From positions 1-53,296 of the IMG/VR virus record IMGVR_UViG_3300009566_000068: a stretch of DNA of 53,296 nucleotides; one strand, written 5' to 3'. The translations under genes and the position numbers were made by a program. Origin of the DNA: a virus. Lineage: Duplodnaviria > Caudoviricetes. The notes beneath the pieces were generated by a model, which searched no databases, had not been told where the DNA came from, and worked only from the letters and a program-made list of their open reading frames with translations. Below are positions 47,000-53,296 of the stretch, piece after piece (the stretch's first letter is position 1; every line of letters starts with the position of its first letter).

Positions 47000-47044
47000 T
47001 TCCTAATCCGGGTGTCCCGCGTTCGAATCGCGGCGGGGGTACCA
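47000..47044 (+). pseudogene. 3' half of tRNA-Arg(CCT), att junction
   Basis: TT-CCT-AA loop, TCCGG, T-arm CCGCG-TTCGAAT-CGCGG, acceptor CGGGGGT-A-CCA; no 5' half upstream. Confidence 0.85.
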
Positions 47045-47050
47045 TAATAA

Positions 47051-47129
47051 TATCAAGGAGTTAACCAATTGAGGCTGACTCCTTTTCTGTTTCTAATTCC
47101 GATAATGTGTGTGGATTTGTGTGTGGATT
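47051..47129. promoter_or_regulatory. IHF site and tandem arm-type integrase sites
   Basis: TATCAAGGAGTTA (47051-47063) matches WATCAANNNNTTR; TGTGTGTGGATT twice (47106-47129). Confidence 0.65.
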
Positions 47130-48170
47130 TTTTGTCACCTGCTCGAAAATTTTCATAGCCTCGCGTTCCGCATCACCTATGGAATGTAAATATATTTCCG
47201 TAGTGCTTCTACTTTCGTGACCAAGGATGCGCTGGATTGCTCCAATATTGACGTTTGCGTTATCCAAAGTAGAAGCTCCAAAGTGCCTAAATGCATGGTA
47301 TCTAAAATACTTAACACCAGCGCTCGTACATAAAGTCTTCATTATTTTGCTCCTACTTTGATAAGGACCTATTACGTTTTTCTTTTTCTTTTTGTCCCAG
47401 TATTTATGCCAAAATACCCAGGGAATATTTCTCCTTCTGTTCCTGTTGAGATCAGATAACACTTCAAAGAGTTTTTCTGTCATAGGTACTTTTCGAGGAG
47501 TAAGACCCCTATCCTTCTTTTTCCGAGTGTATAATACAACATATTTCTCTGGTAAATTCACGTCATCCCAAGTCATCCTATTAATTTCGCTCATCCGGCC
47601 CATTGTCTCTTTAAATGTCCACAAATAAGCTTGATCCTTAGGATTGGCAGTTGATATCACCTTCAGGACGTGTTCTTTAGGTGGAACATACTTGAACTTC
47701 TTTTCCACTGGGAAAAAGGGTATCCCATCTGTCGGGTTATTCGAGCACCACTTTTTTTGAACACCATAATTAAATAATGTTCTGAGGGCCACCAGGTCCT
47801 TATTTGATGCGTTCGGTGACATTTTTGATCTTTTGATTAAAAAATCCTGAACCATATCTGTTGAAATTTCACCACACTTTAGTTTATCCCATTCGCGTAT
47901 CCACCTCTTTGCCATTCCTCTGTTATCTCTGTAGTGACTAAGTGTACAGTATGCTTGTAAATAATCTAGTCTCTTATTAACCAGTTCCGAAAATTCCATG
48001 TCGATTGGGATCTCCAATACTGGTTTTGGATTGTTTACCTCCTCCTTTCTCTTGTATTCCGCGTCTTTCGCCTCTGTTTTCGTTTTGCACCAAGTTCCCG
48101 TGTACCTTATTCCTTTCACGATGAACTCGTACCTCCATCCTTTTCTCTTTCGAGAATAATACACGCTCAT
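47061..48170 (-). CDS. int: Tyrosine integrase
   Basis: 'MGRMSEI', 'YHAFRH', 'LGHESRSTTEIY'. Confidence 0.92.
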   Translation of the reverse strand: MSVYYSRKRKGWRYEFIVKGIRYTGTWCKTKTEAKDAEYKRKEEVNNPKPVLEIPIDMEFSELVNKRLDYLQAYCTLSHYRDNRGMAKRWIREWDKLKCGEISTDMVQDFLIKRSKMSPNASNKDLVALRTLFNYGVQKKWCSNNPTDGIPFFPVEKKFKYVPPKEHVLKVISTANPKDQAYLWTFKETMGRMSEINRMTWDDVNLPEKYVVLYTRKKKDRGLTPRKVPMTEKLFEVLSDLNRNRRRNIPWVFWHKYWDKKKKKNVIGPYQSRSKIMKTLCTSAGVKYFRYHAFRHFGASTLDNANVNIGAIQRILGHESRSTTEIYLHSIGDAEREAMKIFEQVTKNPHTNPHTLSELETEKESASIG

Positions 48171-48336
48171 AGAGATCCTCCTTTGAAGGGAAAATCAGAG
48201 AACCCCCGAGCTTCCTACCACCAATTATCTTCCAATTTTTGTAAACCCAACTTTGACTTTTGCGAAGATAATTAGCAACTTCCTCGACATTCATCATATC
48301 AGGATGCGAGGGCTTTTCAACAAATAATCCAGACAC
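47977..48336 (-). CDS. Excisionase-like HTH protein
   Basis: 'MMNVEEVANYLRKSQSWVYK...RKLGGSLIF'; overlaps the integrase start. Confidence 0.7.
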   Translation of the reverse strand: MSGLFVEKPSHPDMMNVEEVANYLRKSQSWVYKNWKIIGGRKLGGSLIFPSKEDLYERVLFSKEKRMEVRVHRERNKVHGNLVQNENRGERRGIQEKGGGKQSKTSIGDPNRHGIFGTG

Positions 48337-48472
48337 GGTTGCTCCCTAAAATTGTAAATGGCTTCACAGTTATTTACTGGAAGCCATTATGAAAAATTTT
48401 AAGAAACAATCAAATTTGATAAGTGATTTTCGGAAGTTAGCTCAACTGAGATATTTTTTAGTTGAGAGTGCT

Positions 48473-49162
48473 TTATTCAGTTGTCAAATCAATTCCTTGC
48501 TCCTGAATATAATATTGCTCTGCTTCTTCTTTAGTGCAATTACGGGTGATCATAATTTTTTCGATTCGCTCCCTCTTCCTCCTGAGGTCATTATTCTTTT
48601 TATGTATTGCTCTTATGTCTTTATCGTACTTGCTCCTGTCTTCCGGGGACATTTTGTTTTTCGTTCTACAATATCCAGGACAATACTTAATATTATCATC
48701 ATCATACTTGATAGAATAAAAATATTTTTTACATAATTTGCACTTGTATATGTGTTCTCGAACATTCGTTTTCAGTAATTGAACCAAACAAAGCGAAAGA
48801 ATAGCATCTGGAGGAAATTCCTCGTAAAAAAGGTGGATAGGATCAGGTTGCAATACCTCACCATTTATTTCGACATAGGAGTTGAAAAATGCGTAATAAC
48901 AAAACATAAAATCAGAAAGCTCAGACATTTCATCTAGACTCTCTCCGTCATAGAGATCCTTGAAAATCTTCTTTAAGTTTGCCTGATATTTCCGAATAAG
49001 ATTCAGAGGGCTTTTTTCTATTTTGATCGACATAGGTAATTCGTCAAGCTCTCTTAAATGTTCATACATCGCATTTGTCGCTTCCTTTGTCTCAGAATAA
49101 GCAAATTCGCGCAGGATATTAAAATACACGGAATTCTTTTTATTAAGATTTTTTTTAGGCAT
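48473..49162 (-). CDS. Hypothetical protein with CGNR-like zinc finger
   Basis: 'IYKCKLCKKYF...KYCPGYCR'. Confidence 0.55.
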   Translation of the reverse strand: MPKKNLNKKNSVYFNILREFAYSETKEATNAMYEHLRELDELPMSIKIEKSPLNLIRKYQANLKKIFKDLYDGESLDEMSELSDFMFCYYAFFNSYVEINGEVLQPDPIHLFYEEFPPDAILSLCLVQLLKTNVREHIYKCKLCKKYFYSIKYDDDNIKYCPGYCRTKNKMSPEDRSKYDKDIRAIHKKNNDLRRKRERIEKIMITRNCTKEEAEQYYIQEQGIDLTTE

Positions 49163-49459
49163 AAAATTTCCACCACTTCATTGGAATGGATAGTTCAATA
49201 TTGATAAATAGATATTTTGTCTAGAGAAAATATCTAGCTTTTAGCTTGCTCCTCCGTTTTGCCAATCAAATTCTCCAATAAATATTCCAAGAACCCATCC
49301 AGCAAAAAAAGTCAACTGACATTATCACATATAACTGCCGTCTTCGTCAGTTGATTCAACTATAGAATTTCACAGCATAATTTTTACACAGAAGCGGTTT
49401 TCAAATAAGTAATCTCCAGTCCTTCGAGATTCATTCTTTGGGGGACCGCATAGGACGTA

Positions 49460-49545
49460 GCTCTTTGAAAACTGATTTTGGGTGGATAACAACCAGCCCG
49501 AAGTAGGTTGTAATCCTGTCACGCATTATAGCCGTGGAGACAGGT
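49460..49545 (+). promoter_or_regulatory. boxA-like element plus hairpins (structured leader)
   Basis: GCTCTTTGAAAA followed by GGATAACAACC/GGTTGTAATCC and CCTGTC/GACAGG stems. Confidence 0.4.
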
Positions 49546-49595
49546 CGATTTGAATGGAAGACCCTAGATCAAAACAATTTAATGGAGGTTTCAAA

Positions 49596-50330
49596 ATGAA
49601 AGGTAAGAACAAGATTTCAAAACAGGCTTTAAAGAATCTCAAGCAAGCTATGAAAGAAAGGGAGAAACGGGAACAAAGAGATGCTCTCAAAGGGGGTGTG
49701 AAATTCAATAATCGTATAACAGAGATAAAAAATGAAATTCTTGCAAGTACTAAACGCGATAAAATGGAAGTATATCGAAAAGGTGAGCTCCTTGTGGAGG
49801 CAAAAATATTGGTTGGACATGGTAATTTTAAGCCTTTTGTAGAAGAGAATTTCGAATTCAGTTATCAAACAGCAAACAATATGATGAATGTATATAAATG
49901 TTGCATGGGAAATCCGGATATAGTGAAAACCATAGAAACATCTCTCCTCTATATGATCGCATCTCCAGATTTCCCAGAGGATTTGAGAAAATATATTTTT
50001 CAGAACAAAGAGGACCTCAAGAAAGTAGAGAACAAAAAATTGCGCGACATTTATAAACGTTTCAAAAAAAGGAAACTCGATCTTGGTGATGATGAGATAA
50101 AAAACCTCTTTAAACAAAAATACACAGAAGAGATTGATGCAAAAATAGATGAAATAGATAATTTCAAAGCATCCGTGATTTCCAGAGTTAATAAATTCAC
50201 CTGGCCTGTCACAGATACACGTACGATTTCAATTAAAGATTCACAGATGAAAAGAGTCAAGATGCTTGTGAAAGAAATCGTTAGTACCGTGGAAAAACTT
50301 AAACCACATCAAGACGGACAAAAGAAATAA
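49596..50330 (+). CDS. DUF3102-like protein
   Basis: 'GELLVEAKILVGHGNFKPFVEENFEFSYQTANNMM'; RBS GGAGG before ATG 49596. Confidence 0.7.
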   Translation: MKGKNKISKQALKNLKQAMKEREKREQRDALKGGVKFNNRITEIKNEILASTKRDKMEVYRKGELLVEAKILVGHGNFKPFVEENFEFSYQTANNMMNVYKCCMGNPDIVKTIETSLLYMIASPDFPEDLRKYIFQNKEDLKKVENKKLRDIYKRFKKRKLDLGDDEIKNLFKQKYTEEIDAKIDEIDNFKASVISRVNKFTWPVTDTRTISIKDSQMKRVKMLVKEIVSTVEKLKPHQDGQKK

Positions 50331-50359
50331 GCCGAATAACCAGTTTCAAATGACAATTT

Positions 50360-50401
50360 GATCCCCTTGTCTCATCAGAGAAGGCAAGGGGATCTTTTTT
50401 T
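50360..50401 (+). terminator. Intrinsic terminator
   Basis: GATCCCCTTGTCT/AGGCAAGGGGATC plus T7. Confidence 0.8.
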
Positions 50402-50511
50402 GAGAACGCAAATATCCAAATTTTGGATTTTTCAATTAACCCTGGCAACCCCAACCTTAAATTAATCTCGTTTATATAATAAGCAGCATATTTCAAAGGA
50501 GATCTATACTT

Positions 50512-52260
50512 ATGAAACAGAAATATCGAAAAAGAAAAATGCGTGGCAGTTACATCGGCAAGGGTCGAATCATAGATCATTACCTAGCACCCCGAGAACT
50601 CTATAATTACATCTGGTCGCAGACAGAATATTTAAATTTTCCCGACGCACCAGAAGAATACATTGAGCTAAGGGAAAAATGTCACCGCTTATTAGCGCAT
50701 TTGTACGCAAGCATGAGGCTGCAGATCATAAAAAGGGATTTATCTGATGAACAGCGTGATTACGTGCCCTTATACTGTCGTTTACGTGAGCGTGAATTCG
50801 GAAGAGACTTTAAACGCGAAGATCTTAAATTAATGGAGATAATAGATATTAAACCGCATAATACTGCAGGCCATAAAGCTGAAGAATATAAATTGAAAGA
50901 TGAAATATTTAATGAGGCACTGCGCATTGAGAAGGCGGACATATTTGGCAAATGGGAGCAGATGCTAAAGGGAAAGGAAATTAAAGGATCGACCATGGTC
51001 GATTTGCTAACAGGAAAACGCAAATCATCAGTGGTCAAATCGAAATATACGAAAAGGCAAGGGGCTGAAAGAGATGCTAATACACCAAAATTAATAGGAA
51101 GAAGTATTAGTTCACTTGAGCCATGCCCGTTTAATCCGAAATACATTTACAATTGGGTAATTCGCCTTCAGAGAAAATATAATCGAGAAAGGGATAGGTT
51201 AAATGAGATCAGAGAGAAATATGGCAATGAAGGAAAAGAATTTGAATTTGCAGAACGAGAGTTTCTGAGAGCACAAGGAAAATTTCACAATGAACTTACA
51301 AGTATGAGGGCCATTCTCAATCAAAAGCCAAAAAGATTACCCCATAACAGTGACGCTGGCGAACCTCTGTATGAGTACAAGGCAGCTTATTCAGTGCAGA
51401 CCAGTGGTCGAATTTCAGAAGTGCATGGCGGTTTTCAGAGCGCCAGTAGATACTTCAAGCGCGCATTTTTTCGGGAGATGAGGGGCTGGTGGATAAATCA
51501 TGATCTACAAAATTCGCAAGTTAATATCCTACTACAAGAAATGAAGGCCTGTAGTATTGAATGTCCCTGGCTTGAAGCATATTTAAGTGACCCAGAAGCC
51601 AAAAAGAAATACGCAAGGAAAGTCGGCGTTCCTGTTGACGTCTGGAAAAAATGTTTTTACTCCATATTTATGGGTGCCAGTGTGGAGAATGAATTTGGTG
51701 CTGTATTTAAACAATTACGAAAGCATTTTGTTAACGATATAGAAAAGACGAGAAATGCTCACATACGCTTTCTTGAAATTACTGCCGAATTGAACACAGC
51801 TACTGAAGAATGGAGGAATTACGTCTACAGCACAAAAAACCGCCGCTACCACTATCAGTATCGTGGCATTAAGTATTGGAAAAACGCTTGCAAAAGACAT
51901 TTCCATAAATATGGGATAAAAACCAGTGATAATGGTGAACGTATCCTAATAGACCGAGAAAAGAAAGATACTGAGATAAAATACACTCAGGGGATTAATA
52001 AATGTAAGAGGAAATTGGCCGCTTTCATATTGCAGGGACGAGAAGCGTTTTTCATTCACAATCTGACCTTATTATGCTCTGAATATAAAATCCCGGTTTA
52101 CAAAAACGAACACGACGGCTTGATAACAGGCAAAGAAATCCCCGAAACAATAATCCAAATGGCAGGTGAAATGTCGGGTTTAGTTAATCCGGTCTTAAAG
52201 AGAAAACCTATATGTTCGAAGGTCACAAGACGGCGAATGAAACAGTACGTTAAGAGCTGA
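50512..52260 (+). CDS. Divergent family-A (PolA/T7-like) polymerase-domain protein
   Basis: 'QTSGRIS..GGFQS', motif A 'HDLQNSQ', motif B 'KKCFYSIFMG', 'ILQGRE', motif C 'EHDGL'. Confidence 0.6.
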   Translation: MKQKYRKRKMRGSYIGKGRIIDHYLAPRELYNYIWSQTEYLNFPDAPEEYIELREKCHRLLAHLYASMRLQIIKRDLSDEQRDYVPLYCRLREREFGRDFKREDLKLMEIIDIKPHNTAGHKAEEYKLKDEIFNEALRIEKADIFGKWEQMLKGKEIKGSTMVDLLTGKRKSSVVKSKYTKRQGAERDANTPKLIGRSISSLEPCPFNPKYIYNWVIRLQRKYNRERDRLNEIREKYGNEGKEFEFAEREFLRAQGKFHNELTSMRAILNQKPKRLPHNSDAGEPLYEYKAAYSVQTSGRISEVHGGFQSASRYFKRAFFREMRGWWINHDLQNSQVNILLQEMKACSIECPWLEAYLSDPEAKKKYARKVGVPVDVWKKCFYSIFMGASVENEFGAVFKQLRKHFVNDIEKTRNAHIRFLEITAELNTATEEWRNYVYSTKNRRYHYQYRGIKYWKNACKRHFHKYGIKTSDNGERILIDREKKDTEIKYTQGINKCKRKLAAFILQGREAFFIHNLTLLCSEYKIPVYKNEHDGLITGKEIPETIIQMAGEMSGLVNPVLKRKPICSKVTRRRMKQYVKS

Positions 52261-52612
52261 AAAAAAAACAGGGAGGAGCTAAAAAAAAAGGGAAGGAAGG
52301 AAGGAAAGAACAACTAAAGAAGGAGAACACCGAATACAACACCAGACAAGATACCCACCCGTAGGTGTGTTGAAAGTAGGTCAAAAAGCATGCACAAAAC
52401 ACGTTTTTTGTGATTTCCTACTTAGAATATCTGAATTTTGACATTTTTCTCTCCTGCATAAAATGTATAAATTTTACATTTTATTGGCGCAGTTGCATTA
52501 ACAGTTTTCGATGCCATATGCATCTTGAATTACTCTTTTTACCTAAAATTTAGCCATTCGAATATCGTTTATATATCAGCAGTAAATAATCACTTAATGG
52601 AGGTATTAGATT

Positions 52613-53296
52613 ATGTGTAGAAGTTCAGAATGTAAAAGTGTGTCTGGAACAAAGGAGTGGGCGTTTAAAAATGAGAATTGCATAAGCGGTTGTATTCATA
52701 ATTGCAAATACTGCTATGCGAGATCTATTGCAAGACGTTTCAGTCGAATGAAATCGGCTGATTGGCATCATGAAGTAGTTAGACACCGGGATCTAAACAA
52801 ATCAATCGGAAAGTGTAATGGAGTGGTCATGTTCCCATCATCACACGACATCACGCCCGAGCATTTGAATGAGTGCATGTTCATGCTGGATAAGATTCTC
52901 GCGGCTGGAAATGATGATGTTCTGGTCATCTCCAAACCGCATTTGGAGTGCATGACGCCAGTCTGTGACGAATTTACAGCGTATAGAGATAAGATCGTGT
53001 TCCGTTTCACTATCGGATCAACCGACTCAGCGGTACTGAAATTTTGGGAGCCAAATGCGCCTAATTTCGATGAGAGACTGCAATGTCTCAAATATGCTTA
53101 CGAATCAGGGTTCAAGACCAGTATATCCTGTGAACCGATGCTCGATGATAAAGTCGAGAACGTTATCAGGGCTGCCCTCCCCTACGTTACCGACTCAATC
53201 TGGGTAGGAAAACCGAATAGGCTTATGAGTATTTTGTCACTAAACGGATATAAAGGTGATCAAGAGACAATGACTAGGGCCAGGCAATTGCAGACC
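52613..53296 (+). CDS. Radical SAM protein (Gp37/Gp68-DUF5131-like), truncated; absent from the ORF track
   Basis: RBS GGAGG; 'GTKEWA...GCIHNCKYCYA' CxxxCxxC; later 'SCEPML', 'IWVG'. Confidence 0.75.
   Translation, partial: MCRSSECKSVSGTKEWAFKNENCISGCIHNCKYCYARSIARRFSRMKSADWHHEVVRHRDLNKSIGKCNGVVMFPSSHDITPEHLNECMFMLDKILAAGNDDVLVISKPHLECMTPVCDEFTAYRDKIVFRFTIGSTDSAVLKFWEPNAPNFDERLQCLKYAYESGFKTSISCEPMLDDKVENVIRAALPYVTDSIWVGKPNRLMSILSLNGYKGDQETMTRARQLQT

Larger units (their letters stand above)
1449..47044. mobile_element. Lambda-like temperate siphovirus prophage (~45.6 kb; boundaries inferred)
   Basis: Integration, immunity, replication, packaging, head, lysis and tail modules all present; flanked by a 16-bp direct repeat from the tRNA T-arm. 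Confidence 0.85.
47045..53296. mobile_element. Second tRNA-Arg-integrated element (satellite/IME-like), truncated by the window end
   Basis: Integrase abutting the tRNA 3' end, Xis, replication-type gene; lower GC. Confidence 0.75.

Noticed and set aside
46970-47044. Intact tRNA gene
   Set aside because: No 5' acceptor strand, D-arm or 5' anticodon stem upstream of the anticodon loop
52768-53091. 107-aa - strand ORF
   Set aside because: Antisense to the radical SAM gene starting at 52613

Overview
Most of the window (~1.45-47.0 kb) is an apparently complete lambda-like temperate siphovirus prophage. Its genes are almost all on the - strand. It carries a P4-type primase/helicase with an iteron origin, a cosQ/cosN-like site, TerS/TerL, lambda-type gpW, portal and S49 protease, a decoration protein, major capsid, lysis genes, tail genes with a clear -1 frameshift signal, a CI/Cro switch and a tyrosine integrase. 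The 3' half of a tRNA-Arg(CCT) at 47000-47044 marks an att junction, and a degenerate copy lies at ~1439-1464. Left of the phage is a toxin-antitoxin-SecB-chaperone (TAC)-like operon. Between the integrase and att are AT-rich candidate defence genes. Right of att a second integrative element begins (integrase, Xis, DUF3102-like gene, a divergent family-A-polymerase-like gene, a radical SAM gene). The most unusual features are: (i) two diverged ~325-bp non-coding cassettes of identical length, 16,084 bp apart, with phased IHF-like boxes and a shared 18-bp terminal motif; (ii) a ~450-nt structured RNA-like unit with its own promoter and terminator; (iii) a ~9.3-kb insertion splitting the packaging operon, containing that RNA, three ParB-domain genes without ParA, a Dam-like/GNAT DNA-modification gene and coupled micropeptides. 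All family calls come from motif recognition by eye; no searches were run.
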